A DNA stretch of 64,000 bases from positions 152,520,001 to 152,584,000 of the forward strand of contig OX597815.1 in the NCBI GenBank assembly GCA_951406725.2, given 5' to 3'. The notes under the pieces are model-generated. The model worked only from the letters and a program-made list of their open reading frames with translations, did no database searches and was not told where the DNA came from. This document shows positions 26,179-39,198 of the stretch, piece by piece (the stretch's first letter is position 1; each line of letters starts with the position of its first letter). Position numbers and translations under genes: made by a program. This DNA is from Octopus vulgaris (lineage: Eukaryota).

Positions 26179-26470
26179 CAGTGGTTCTCCAAGGGTCCTA
26201 TGTAAAATTTTGCATGACGCAACAAAATAGTAAATTGAAGGTCCACAATAGTATTTTAGGGCTCTGAAAAAGTTTTGCTCTAGTTATATGTACTGGTAGG
26301 TATTAAAAACAGCCAGGATTCTTTCTAACATTTACATAGTTCAACCTTGGAAAACAAAATAGGAATTTTGAATAAAAACTAGTTTTAAAACATTGAATGA
26401 TTATGGGGTCCACCAGACTAAAATAGTATTTCAAAGGGGTCCATAGATTAAAAATGGTTGAGAAACTCTG
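26179..26470. mobile_element. hAT-type MITE inserted into an RTE 3' fragment
   Basis: cagtggttctc...gagaaactctg termini with an exact 8-bp TSD ggttagac (26171-26178 and 26471-26478). Confidence 0.85.
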
Positions 26471-27254
26471 GGTTAGACAGTTTAATTGGAACTGGTAAGC
26501 CGGAGTATTGCACCAGGCTCCAGCCTGATTTTGACTTGGTTTCTCCCTTATGTCAAACAATCCAAGAGTGTAGTGGGTGTTTTTTACATGTCACTGGCAT
26601 CTGATGTTACCAAAATGTTGATCTCACTTCTGACAACACCATGTGACCTGTCTTGATCAATGGCAGCCTATTTTCCAGTACCCATCTCGGAATTCTTGTA
26701 TTCCCCCATGCGATTAACAGAGTCTAATGAGTTACGTTTGTGTAAGACACTTACAAAACATTTAGTTGCATGGGACCGAATCAAACTGTTTTAAATAATA
26801 ATAATAATATTCTGCTCAATACCACAGATTTGCTTGTCAGTTGTTTGACCTTAAGCAGTTCAGCATGTCCCTAAGTGGCTGACGGTATGTGCATCTCTGA
26901 TCACAAGCAGAAGTACTGGAGGAACGTCATAGCCAGTTGAGAGGAATTATTGGGGGTTTGAATAATTCACCTCTGGAATCATGGGTGTTTCAACATCCTT
27001 AAACAACCCTTATTCAGGGACCTTTTGAGTGGGATGGGCTACTCAATTTGAAGAAAATTCTAACTAGGCCCCACCAACAAGGTCATGCGCTGTTTATCTT
27101 GATATGTAATCACCATGATGTGCACATATGGTTGTGATGTATGTGCCTGGTATACTCTTATCTGATGAGTATTACTGGGCTTCCTATATTTTACCTGCTC
27201 TCTCACTCAATAATAATAATGATGATGATGATGATAATGATGAAAATAATACTC

Positions 27255-28091
27255 CACCCACAAAAATTTAAGAAAAAAGATGAAGAAGAAAGAGTAAACA
27301 ACTGGGAAATGAAACCACTGCAAGGGCAATACCTCAGAGAAATTGAAAGAGAAGACAAGATCAACACTTGGAGATGGCTAAGAAAAGGTTGTATGAAAGG
27401 ATGCACTGAGGCATTGATATGCAGTGCACAGGAACAAGCTCTGAGAACTAACTGCACAAAGTTCCAAATAGATAAGAGTAGTGAATCACTCCTTTGTAGG
27501 ATGTGTTGCAGGAGAAATGAAACAATCTGATATATTGGGAGTGAGAGTAGGAAGCTGGCCTAAAAACACTTCAAAAGGAGGCACGATAACATGACTGAGT
27601 TCATCCACTGGAGGCTACATGATAAGTACAGCCTGAACAGAACACAGAAATGGTATGAACCAGAAAGTGGCAGGGAGAACAAAGAACATAAGACTCTGTG
27701 GGATTTTACAATCCAATGTGAGTCCCTAATCAAGGCTCAGAGACCAGATATTGTTGTGGTAGATAAGGAAAAAAGGAAACCAAGATCATAGATATTGCAA
27801 TACCTGGAAATTAAAGCATAAGTGACAAAGAACTAGAAAAATTTGATAAGTACTGACTACCAGAAGATGAAGTTGCAAGAATGTGGAGACTATAAGGAGA
27901 GTGTCTCTGTTTTCAGTTGTTGTAGGGTCACTCAAAGCACTAACAACCAAGTTTGAGAAATATGTCAGAGAAATCGGAAGTGACGTGAGAGCAGAGCAAA
28001 TTCAAAACACTGCTCTGCTGGGGGACAACTAGGATTTTGAGATTGGTACTTGGATGCTGAGACGTAAAACAATAGTAATGATGATTATGAT

Positions 28092-28130
<39 letters not shown>

Positions 28131-28147
28131 TATAATAATAATAATAT
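27255..28147 (+). mobile_element. R4/Dong-clade non-LTR retrotransposon 3' fragment with (TAA)n tail
   Basis: LQGQY, TEALICSAQEQALRT, CRMC..ETI, RRHD, LWDF, RPDIVVVD (RLE domain); flanked by TAA/TGA repeats. Confidence 0.85.
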
Positions 28148-29050
28148 TCATCATCATCATCGTTTAACATCCGCTTTCCATGCTAGCATGGGTTGGTTGA
28201 TTTGACTGAGGTCTGGCAAACCAGATGGCTGCACCAGGTTTCAATCTGACCTAGCAGAGTTTCTACAGCTGGATCTCCTTCCTAACGCCAACGACTCCGA
28301 GAGTGTAGTGTGTGCTTTAACGTGCCACCGATACGAGGGCCAGTCAGGCAGTACTGGCAACGGCCACGCTCAAGTGGTGATTTTTTTACCTGCCACCTGC
28401 ACAGGAGCCAGTCTAGCGGCACTGGCAACGAGCTCATTTGAATATTTTTTCACGTGCTACAGGCACAAGTGCCAGTAAGGCAACGCTAGTAACGATCACG
28501 CTTGAATGGTGCTTTTTACGTGCCACGAGCATGGAAGCCAGTCAGCTGCTCTGGCAGCGATCACACTTGGATGGTGCTCTAATCGCTCCACTGGCACAGG
28601 TGCCAGTCATCGAATTTGCGAATTTGATTTGATTTCGATTTCACTTGCTTCAACAGGTCTTCGCAGGCAGAGTTTAGTGTCCAATGAAGTTAAGTTACTT
28701 GGCTTGCCAGATCTTTTCACGCACTGCATATTTCCAAAGCTCTCGGTCACTAGTCATTGTCTTGGTGAGGCCTAAAGTTCAAAAGTCGTGCTTCACCACC
28801 TCGTCCCAGGTCTTCCTGGGTCTACCTCTTCCACGGGTTCCCTCTACTGCTAGGGTGTGGCACTTTTTCACACAGCTATCCTCATCCATTCTCGCCACAT
28901 TACCATACCAGCACAGACGTCTCTCTTGCACACCACATCTGATGTTCTTAGGTCCAACTTTTCTCTCAAGGTACTTACACTCTGTTGAGTATGCACACTG
29001 ACATTACACATCCATCGGAGCATACTGGCTTCATTCCTTGCGAGCTTACG
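28148..29050 (-). mobile_element. 5'-truncated RTE LINE
   Basis: Homologous to 6885-7680 (C-terminus, 3'UTR repeats, CAT tail). Confidence 0.87.
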
Positions 29051-29074
29051 GAATGAATAAATAAACTGAATTAT

Positions 29075-29515
29075 GACACATATACATATGCTGAACTATT
29101 GAGAAATCTGCAGGTACTCTATCCAGATTACAAGTTCAGGTTAATACCTATAATTATTGGGGCACTGGGATATGTAACACACTGCCTAAATACCAATTCT
29201 GAGAAATCAAAACCAGAAAGGAGAAAGCTAATTTGAAGACTACAGATCCAGTCCATCACTTGAACTGTAAATATCTGTAGAACTTTCCAGAAGTTTATCA
29301 TTTAAATATATATGAGCATGTCTAGATAAGCAACTATATTTATGAGACGACATGCATTAAATAAAACATATAAATCTTCACATATACATACATACATGCA
29401 TACATACATTCATACACACACACATTGAAATTCCAATGAAGGAGCCTTGGGTTGAGGTTAGAAACTGGCTCTTTCTGTATTGGCAAGAAAACTTGAAATA
29501 AATCTGAATAATGAC
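29075..29515 (+). mobile_element. R4/Dong-like 3' end
   Basis: YAELLRNLQVLYPDYKFRLIPIIIGALG...LQIQSI..TVNICR motif, then 3'UTR. Confidence 0.6.
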
Positions 29516-29657
29516 ATACACTCACATGCACCCATGCACGCACACATACACACTCGTTATATAATTTCTAAAGTACATGATTCTTGAGTCAAATTAAATC
29601 AAAGATTTCTCAATTGATCTTATGCAAATTTTGTTGATCTTCTCTCTATAATTACAG

Positions 29658-29815
29658 TGACCTGAGACACAATGACAACATGGCCTGTGGATGCCATCTG
29701 CCAGCTTTTGTTGATTATATGAAGCAAGAATATAGCAGATATATGAATGTTTATGGCTCTTGCTTAAATGACCAAAACAGATTAACAGATATATTGCAAT
29801 ATTCGCAATGTGAAA
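29658..29815 (+). CDS. Host gene coding exon 2: last LRR strand + LRR C-terminal cap
   Basis: Acceptor ctctctataattacag|, phase 2 in, 158 nt. DLRHNDNMACGCHLPAFVDYMKQEYSRYMNVYGSCLNDQNRLTDILQYSQCE (LxxN..CxC..C..C). Phase-1 donor gtagtt is weak. Confidence 0.85.
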
Positions 29816-30279
29816 GTAGTTAAAAATTTTCTTTCCTTTCGTTGTTACTTTCATTGGAGGATAATGATATGACCAATAGATGAATGACCAAAAGCATTTG
29901 CAATATTTAGCAACATACCTTTAAGTTCTGTATTGAAGTCCTGCCGATGTGCACTTGACCTTTCATATTTTTAGGGTCGATGAAATACATTATTATTATT
30001 ATCAGGTCCATCTTTTATGTCGCTGAAGAGCATCAGGTTATCAGCTTTGCACTTTGTGAGTCCTGAGGTGACTTTAGGCCCATCTTAGCAATTAATTCAA
30101 TGGTTACAAAGGGGGTCTGTAACAGCAGAATCAGAAGCCAGTGGGCTTTCTGTGCAGTTGTCCTCTTTTTAGCTTCTCTGATCATTTCTGAATCAGAGTT
30201 CTGCACTCCAGAGTACACAGCACTACATCACAGCAAGCGACCCTGAGCAAGTCGTTCTTCAGTAGACTGCTCTAAACTA

Positions 30280-30630
30280 CCTGTAAAAAGCACCATTCGA
30301 GAGTGGTCGTTGCCAGTGCCGTCTGACTGGCTCCCATGCCAGTGGCATGTAAAAAAGCACCATTTGAGCATGGTTATTGCCAGTGCCACCTGACTGGATC
30401 CCGTGCCCGTGGCATGTAAAAAGCACCATTGAGCGTCGCCGATGTCAGTACTACCTGACTGGCCCCTGTGCCAGTGGATCGTAAAAAGCCACTACTGCAC
30501 TCTTGGAGTGGTTGTCATTAGGAAGGGCATCCAGTTGTAGAAACTTTACCAGATCAGATCGGAGCCTGTCCTCAGTCAAACCGTCCAACACATGCCAGCA
30601 TGGAAAGTGGACGTTAAACGATGATGATGA
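30280..30630 (+). mobile_element. RTE 3'UTR-derived repeat
   Basis: Tandem gccagtggcatgtaaaaagcacc units and a (GAT)n tail. Confidence 0.78.
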
Positions 30631-31178
30631 ATATAATGACTAGCATCCCAAATATTTGTGGCGTTGTGTTAAAGCAAAAACTGAATTGTAATTGTTATCA
30701 TTGTTGTTACTGAAAACATACTGTTTTGGCATCAGTCGTATCCCATCAGATGATATAAGTTACAGGGTTTGGTTTTGGGCCCCCTGTGCTCTCAGATGAG
30801 ATCAGTTTCGCTATTCAATCACCCCCAATAAACATGAACCAGTAATACAATGAGGTTAATTCAAAGAAATATTTCTCTCCACACTATGAATAGTTTTTTA
30901 AAAAATTAAACATTATTTTGTATCTTGTAAACAACACTAATTTAAACATTTAATTACGTTCATTTGTTAGTTTATTGTTGAAAAATATCACCGTATTTAA
31001 ATTAAAACTCAAAGTTAATACCTTATCACTCCACATTCAATTTAACTTATATTTATTATGTATTGATCTCCGCACGACCACATTCACATTTACTCTTCAT
31101 CACAAACTAAATATTTTATATTATTTCGATACATGATGAGTCTGATTCCTAACTGTTGATATTTTTTTAATTCTTTAG

Positions 31179-31270
31179 ACTACAAACTTTTTCAACAGAA
31201 TTTGCAATGTGAAACGTGTTCAACAAACAAGTGCACTGATTCTGATGTGACAATTTGTCCAGGTGCCGAG
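31179..31270 (+). CDS. Host gene coding exon 3: first half of Ly6/uPAR (three-finger) domain
   Basis: tttttttaattctttag| ... |gtaaat, 92 nt, phase 1->0. (N)YKLFQQNLQCETCSTNKCTDSDVTICPGAE, with LxCxxC start. Confidence 0.88.
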
Positions 31271-32388
31271 GTAAATTAAGATGTTATTTTTTACTTTTGT
31301 GTTATAATATGTCACTAAAATATAAATATCTGAAAACTGTGTAAATATTGTCTTATGAGTTGATCTTATGATATCTTCCTCCGAAATATTTTCATCACAA
31401 TTATTTGAGTCGTAAATCATCTAAATTCATCTTATAGAAAGAAGATATCCCTCACAAGAGTCATAGAAAAACAAACGACACATAATCACTGATCTTGCAA
31501 TAAGGAAATGAACTAGTTTGCTCGTTGCAAGATCAGTGACCATGTGTAACTTTGTTTTCAATGTATTGCTAGCTGGAGTGAACTCCTGCTATTTCTAGTG
31601 CACGAGTATCCACCAACGTGTATGACCACAAAGAGGTTGAAACCGTATAGTCAAGTGGTCTCGTGACTAGAAAAATGTGGGGGTTCTCTCCCCTGTTTGG
31701 AATATACATCGTATATATTGGGTATAGATTGTATTGAATAACCAGCTGGAAGAGACGTCCTCCTGAGGTTAAAAATAGCAGTAATGTTGGTCTCTATGGA
31801 AGAGCCATGTTTAAGTGGCGAACAGATAAACATTACTTCTCAGTATTGCTAATGCTTTTATCCCTTATAGAGATTTTTTTTTTGTCGTCAGACGATGTAT
31901 GAGATCCGGCAATTTCTTAACAAACAACAACACTGATGATTTGTTTATAGTGATCAAACGTCTGCGTTCACATAAGCTCATTCCCTCCATCATATCGACA
32001 TTACCTGTACATGTACACCATGTGCTACATGTCAGGTGACAAAATGATTGCAGAGCAGTGTAAAATGAAGTGCTTTGCTCAAGAATACTATGCAATGCCT
32101 GGTCTGGGAATTGAAACCACAATCTCGCAATCATGAGTGCAACACCGTAACCACTAAAGCCATACATATGTGTGTGTGCATGTGTGTATATACGACCGAT
32201 GCCAGTATCCCCTGACTGGCCCCTGGGGCCAGTGGCACGTAAAAAGCACCCACTACACTCTTGGAGTGGTTGGCGTTAGGAAGGCCATCCAGCTGTAGAA
32301 ATATTGCCTGATCAGATTGCCAGCCCTCAGTGAAACCATCCAGCCTATGCCAGCATGGAAAACAGACGTTAAACTATGATGATGATGA

Positions 32389-32444
<56 letters not shown>

Positions 32445-32532
32445 TATCAGAGGTGAATTCACATATTAGTGTAGTTCATTCAGCGGTGGTGCCCCAGCAT
32501 GGCCGCAGCCTTCGGGCTGAAACCTTTTAAGG

Positions 32533-32595
<63 letters not shown>

Positions 32596-32912
32596 GTCTG
32601 TGTGTGTATATGTATATATATATGTGTGTGTATGTATGTATGTATAAGCTTGTATGTGTGTACCTTTAAAATTCTTAATACTTCTTTTCCTGTATCATAT
32701 AACATCCTTGTCTTTGTATATGCAAACGTTATACTTTCTTTCTTTGTAACTTCTGGAAGTTTCATGTTTTTATGCCCTTTAGTGTCTTTGTGGCTGATAA
32801 AACAAACAATATTTTTATAATCATTGTTAGTAGTAGTAGTAGTAGTAGTAGTAGTAGCAACAACAACAGCAGCAGCAGTATCAGTATATAACTTTTATAT
32901 TCATTATTACAG

Positions 32913-33096
32913 CCTGTATGTCAGAATACAATTTCAATGACTGGTGTGACATGGAAATTAGAAAGATCCTGCGGCACATACAGAAAATGTGTTGAATCTA
33001 TGAGAAACAATACCCTTACTTCTAAGACATGGAGTAGTGGAACTTCTTGTGTTAATTGTTGCACTGGAAAGTTGTGTAACAAGAGAGGTTTCTATG
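32913..33096 (+). CDS. Host gene coding exon 4: second half of Ly6/uPAR domain
   Basis: tcattattacag| ... |gtaagt, 184 nt, phase 0->1. PVCQNTISMTGVTWKLERSCGTYRKCVESMRNNTLTSKTWSSGTSCVNCCTGKLCNKRGFY, with the CCxxxxCN signature. Confidence 0.92.
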
Positions 33097-33692
33097 GTAA
33101 GTGTCGTTTATTCTCTGATGTAATTACGCCTGATTTATTAATGTTTAAGACGTTATATAATTGACATATGAGAAAATATTTTATGATAATTATACATAAA
33201 ACATATGACATAACAATACTTTAGCAAGCACGATAGTAGTATGTGTGAAGCAAGGGTCAATAATTCCATGGGAACCTATAAAAATATCACCTTTGCCAAG
33301 GAATCAGATTTAATCTCGCAAACTATTGATATATGATTGCAAGACGTCATGGAACCACATATATACACGCATACATGCAGTCGTGTGTTTGTATATATAT
33401 ATATAAATATGTGTGTGTGTGTGTGAATTGTTGACGATTTTATTTTTCCGTCTTCCCTTCTATTGGACTTTACTCTGTTTCCGAAGAAGAGCGTCTGTTC
33501 GAAATGTTAAACCATCTTTCTTTACTTCCCTGAGCGTCTGCTAATACATCACTTGTACCACGTACTCGCGTTGTTGTGTTTTTTGTGTTTGTTCTTTTTT
33601 TTATTTTTGGGATTAATATATATATGTATATATATATATATATATATATTAATCCCAAAAATAAAAAAAAGAAAATATATATATATATGTAT

Positions 33693-34419
33693 ACTAGCGG
33701 TTGGACCCGGCGTTGCTCATGTTTTCCGTGTTGAAGTTAAGCCCACTTCTGACCTTGTATTGAAATCGTCTATGTTCCCTGTGCCAACTAGTACCCATTA
33801 AGATGTATCCCGCATTCAACTTATGGACATCAACTGTAATAATGTGTAACATATCTTGAAAATCGATAGAATAGTCTCTGAAAAAAGCTGACTCACTCTT
33901 GTTCCCTTCCAATTCCTCTGGAATTAAGTTAAAACCTTTGCCGTCTCCCTTACCACAAAATTTACCAAAATTTCAAATTTCATTAAAATCAGATGAAGAA
34001 TATAAAATTTACGGTCAAAAATAAAATCCTCGTGGTTATTTGCATGCAAAAGGCCTATTGATTTTATAAAGCCACTGCTCATGCGTAATTATCAACTTTT
34101 TGTAAATGCTATATACTGACATCAACTCACTGCCATGTGCCTCGCTCACTCATTGATTTTCATAAGAACAAAAAATACAAAAGTTGCAGGAAAAATAACA
34201 TCGTTATGGGAATTTCCATTCAAACGCCCGATTGAGCTCGCAAAAATCGATGCCACATGAGCATTATCGAGCTTTTGAAAAATTCTGGCCTTATTTGAAC
34301 TTCAGGGCTTATGATCTACCTCTGCCAAAAATCATTAAAATCGGTTGGATGGTGTGGGAGGAGTTAGAGTAACCATGAAACACACAGACAGACACCATTA
34401 CGCACACACACACATACAT

Positions 34420-34420
<1 letters not shown>
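33693..34420 (+). mobile_element. Non-autonomous Helitron/Helentron-like element
   Basis: Starts ACTAG..ACCCGGCGTTGC; ends aaaatcggtt...ggaggag...cagacagac...atata, the typical DINE/HINE-like layout. Confidence 0.55.
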
Positions 34421-34985
<565 letters not shown>

Positions 34986-35101
34986 ATAAACGCACACACT
35001 AAAATTTTAAAATCAAATTTCTGCTTTATTCCTACTTTTATACATTGGTCACACACTACGTAATACATACATACATACATACATACATACATACATACAT
35101 T

Positions 35102-35146
<45 letters not shown>

Positions 35147-35423
35147 GTATGTATATATATATATATATATAAAGAAACATTGGTTATAGAACAAACATTA
35201 AATTTGTGTCGACGACTTTATATAACACCATACCTCAAGCATTTAAACAGATATAAATATCACCATGGTTCTTAAACACATAAAAGATATTTAAAAAAAT
35301 GCATATGCATAAAAACACAGAAGGTAAAAATACATGTGCAAATAAAATACTAATAGAATGGCCTGTCATAAAAGGTAAATATAAACAACTAAAAAATCAT
35401 AAAATTTCTAAAGTGTGCCATAC

Positions 35424-35767
35424 TCTTTTACTTGTTTCAGTCATTTGACTTCGGCCATGCTGGAGCACCTCCTTTAGTCGAGCTAATCGACCCCAGGACT
35501 TATTCTTTGTAAGCCTAGTACTTATTCTAGCAGTCTCTTTTGCCAAACCGCTAAGTTACGGGGACGTAAACACATTAGCATCGGTTGTCAAGGGATGTTG
35601 GGGGACAAACACAGACACACAAACACATATATATCCATATACATATATACGACGGGCTTCTTTCAGTTTCTGTCTACCAAATCCACTCACAAGGCTTTGG
35701 TCAGCCCGAGGCTATAGTAGAAGACACTTACCCAAGGTGCCATGCAGTAGGATTGAACCTGGAACCA
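35424..35767 (-). mobile_element. tRNA-derived SINE, family A
   Basis: Reverse complement of the element at 2545-2902. Confidence 0.82.
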
Positions 35768-35976
35768 CACAGACAGTTCTGCGCTTTACTACCCCGCCAA
35801 AAAAACTAAAAAACTAAGATAAAATAAAATTTCAAATAACTAAAAAAGTTTTGCCAAACGATTAAAAATATTTTTTAAAGTTTTTTTACTTTCCTCATTT
35901 ATTTTTGTCTCACATTTGAGCACTTCTTTTTTGCAGTCCTATAAGCCTTTTTGTTTCTAAAAAAAGAGACAAATAT

Positions 35977-36018
<42 letters not shown>

Positions 36019-36020
<2 letters not shown>

Positions 36021-36248
36021 AGGGTAAGCACACAAATATGAAACAAGGTGGAAAAAATAGTACTCGAATACCAGAGGGAGAGTAATATGCATTATTAAAA
36101 AGCAGCAAAAATATCACAAAAACTGTTACTCAGAGTTTCACATTCCCATTTGTCGGACAGTTTTATTTGGAAGCAAAACTGTCCGATGAAACGGGAACGT
36201 GAAACTCTGAGTAACAGTTTTTGTGATATTTTTGCTGCTTTTTAATAA
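36019..36248. mobile_element. Palindromic Penelope-pLTR-like element (variant hammerhead core CCGA)
   Basis: Inverted repeat 36092-36248 with ctgt-CCGATGA-aacgggaacgt-GAAAC-tctga-GTA-acag; homologous to 3163-3390. Confidence 0.68.
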
Positions 36249-36285
36249 AGTATGTATGTGTATATATATATGTATGTATATATGT

Positions 36286-36755
36286 CAGGTCATTTTTGAG
36301 TGCTACTGGTAACATGTAACCCAGTACAACCTGTTGCATGATCGGGTCGTCGGCAACTAAACTGGCAACCCCACCAAGTTTGCTTGGTGAGGAGGGTGTT
36401 TATTGGACACCCTGCAGATGAAAAACAAAATCCGTCAAAGGGCGGAGGAATTCTTGAGAGTCAACAGCCATCCAATAAATGTCTTAAGGCTGTATCATGC
36501 GTGGGCACATAGAAGTAATCAGACTGAATACCCGATCGCACTGTTAAACCATTGGGAGTGAAGGACTCCTAGCCTTTGTTAGGGCATCCTTCTAGGAGAA
36601 GGTAACTCAGGTAACTGGGATAACTCTGACATAAAACCTGCGGCTCAGTTGTTACCGATGATGTTGACTTGTTCTTCTTTTCGGATTATGGCTGCTGTTG
36701 CTTAGTGAGTGGGATTGACTCAGTGCACAACCTTTCCTCACTTTAAAAAAAATCT
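36286..36755 (+). mobile_element. Probable non-autonomous RTE-derived element (5'UTR fused to 3' end)
   Basis: gggcatccttctaggagaaggtaactc...aaaacc resembles RTE 5'UTRs; A-rich end. Single copy here, so family assignment is tentative. Confidence 0.4.
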
Positions 36756-37406
36756 TGCACAGGCATTGCACGATAACAACATTGATTAAGCTTTGTGCAA
36801 TGGCCATACTCGATAACGAGGGGGCAGCCACCATGTGTATATGTTTGTGTGTCTGTGCTTGTCCCCTCACCATGTTGGTCTGTATACATCTCCATAACTT
36901 AGTGGTTCAACAAAAGAGACTGATTGGATAAGTACTAGGCTTGGAAAGAATAAGGCCCGGAGTCAATTTGTTCACATAAAGGCTGTACTCTGGCATCGCC
37001 ACAGTCAAATGACTGAAACCAACAAAAAAAAATAAAAGAAATATATATATATATATGCATTTGTGGATAGTTAAAGGGTGGGAAGTGGTGATGATGAAAG
37101 AGCTATAACCCTGGAAATATGTATGTACACCCAATATTTATTTTCTTTATCTTCGATTGCATTGTTTACAAAAATGTATTCGTATACTAAATGTCGTAAC
37201 TTGCAGTGCTGGCTTGGAATTCTATAGAAACTGCATGGCAATAAACTTAAAAGTGAGAATGTTGCATTGCTTATTCAAAAGTAAGACTCAATAGTGACTT
37301 ATAAATCTTTAATGTACTTTGCAGCAATTACTTTATATTTATATCTTCAAATGATTTCATTTATATCTCATTGATTCTCTTCTGTTTTTTTTATATTCTT
37401 CCATAG

Positions 37407-37495
37407 AGTCTCACAATATGTTGGAATTCCATCTGATTCACTCAATGACTTCTGGGAGCCAGAACCGACCGTTAAATGAACACATATCCAGATCT
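37407..37495 (+). CDS. Host gene coding exon 5: start of SEA-like domain
   Basis: ttttttatattcttccatag| ... |gtgagt, 89 nt, phase 1->0. (E)SHNMLEFHLIHSMTSGSQNRPLNEHISRS. Confidence 0.8.
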
Positions 37496-38524
37496 GTGAG
37501 TAACTGTTTCACTTCTTACTTTTATCTTCTCCTTCTGTATAAACTTTTACTCTTTTACTGGTTTCAGTCATTAGACTACAGCGATAATTGGGCATTGTTT
37601 TAATGGAATTCAGTCGATAAAATTACCTCTAGTATTAATTTCAAAGTCTGGTGCTTATTTTATTGGCTCTCTTACCTACTGGACTGCTAAGTTACAAGAA
37701 CGTAAGCAAACACCATAAGCGCATGATACAAAAAGAGACAAACACAAGGAGATACTCACACTAACATATACATAGACTTACACATATATATATACATACA
37801 CGTACACACTGTTTTCCAAAATGGAGGTGAACACCTTTCACCATATGACCAGCTTGAAAAATTAAGACACTAGGATATTTTCCTACCTTTTTTAAACATG
37901 AAACCAATGGTAGCCATAATTCACAAATAAAGAAATTATATCCACCAATGCGGTGTTGAGCACTCATTTTCATTGTTTGACATTTCCGTACACATGCACA
38001 CGCCCGCGCGCGCGCACACACACACACACATATGTGCGTACGTATGTTTGCAAAGTTTTTGTCCATTAAATTTATTGACAATGCACTCGGGCCTATTGTT
38101 AAAGACTCTTGCTCATGGTGCTGGGCAGTAAGACTGTACTCGTAACCATGGTGTTTTGAAACGCACATTTTAACAATACAGCTATACCTACACCTATATT
38201 TATAATAGTTCATGTGTATGTATTATAAAAAAATGTTGTTACATAAAAAAGTGCAAAACACAACTCAACAAAGGACTCAGTACCTTAAGTAGAGTGTGTT
38301 ATTTTGTTTGTTTGTTTGGTAAAAGATATCTGTAAATTTGAAGTTTCATTTGATTGGCTTTTCAAAATATTACTTTTCTATGAAATATACAAACATTGAA
38401 TCATTTCACAATTGAAATTATTTTAAAACTTTAAATTCGGAACAGTGACCTAATGTGCATTTTTATGTCAGTATGGAATAAAAGTATTCAGAATGGACAA
38501 GAGACCAATTTTGCATATGTACAC

Positions 38525-38955
38525 TTCTATGTTTAAGAGATGAGGAATTATGTACATTATTTACATTATGTTTAGTTGATGAATATTTGTCCTCATCTTG
38601 TTTGTTGTTAATACGTTTCGGCTGATATACCCTCCAGCCTTCATCAGATGCCTTGGGGAAATCTCGAACCTGGGTTCTCATTCCTAAGGTATTTTTCGAT
38701 GTTGTTGTTGTTATTATTTTCTGTTTGACTTTTGCTTTACATTTGTACAAGTTGGCTCCAAGTCTCACCCAGAGACCTCAAGAGACAACAAGTTGGAAGT
38801 TAATGCTGGTGTTATGCCTAGGGTACCATATATTTGGTTTTGTACATAGTGTTGTTCTAGAGAATGTTTAAGAAACAATAAGAAAATTGTTTGTTTTAAA
38901 ACTTGAGATTACATAGAAAGTATTTTGCGTAGGATATGAGCAGTTCCCATGAGCA

Positions 38956-38989
<34 letters not shown>

Positions 38990-39157
38990 TCACTGCCTGG
39001 AATCGAACTTGGAATCTTGGGGTTAGTAGCCTGCGCTCTTAACCGCTATGCCATATACCATGGGATTACTGCTATCTCTTCAATAGGGGTATATGACGTA
39101 GTGGTTAAGAGCGCGGACTACTAGCCCCAAGATTCCGAGTTCAATTCCAGGCAATGG

Positions 39158-39198
<41 letters not shown>

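Noticed and set aside
33477-33512. Hammerhead-like ccgaaga...gaaa motif
   Set aside because: Core and helix III are too degenerate to support a call.
39087-39161. tRNA gene
   Set aside because: A and B boxes are present but the acceptor stem and cloverleaf are not convincing and there is no T-run terminator; treated as a SINE head.
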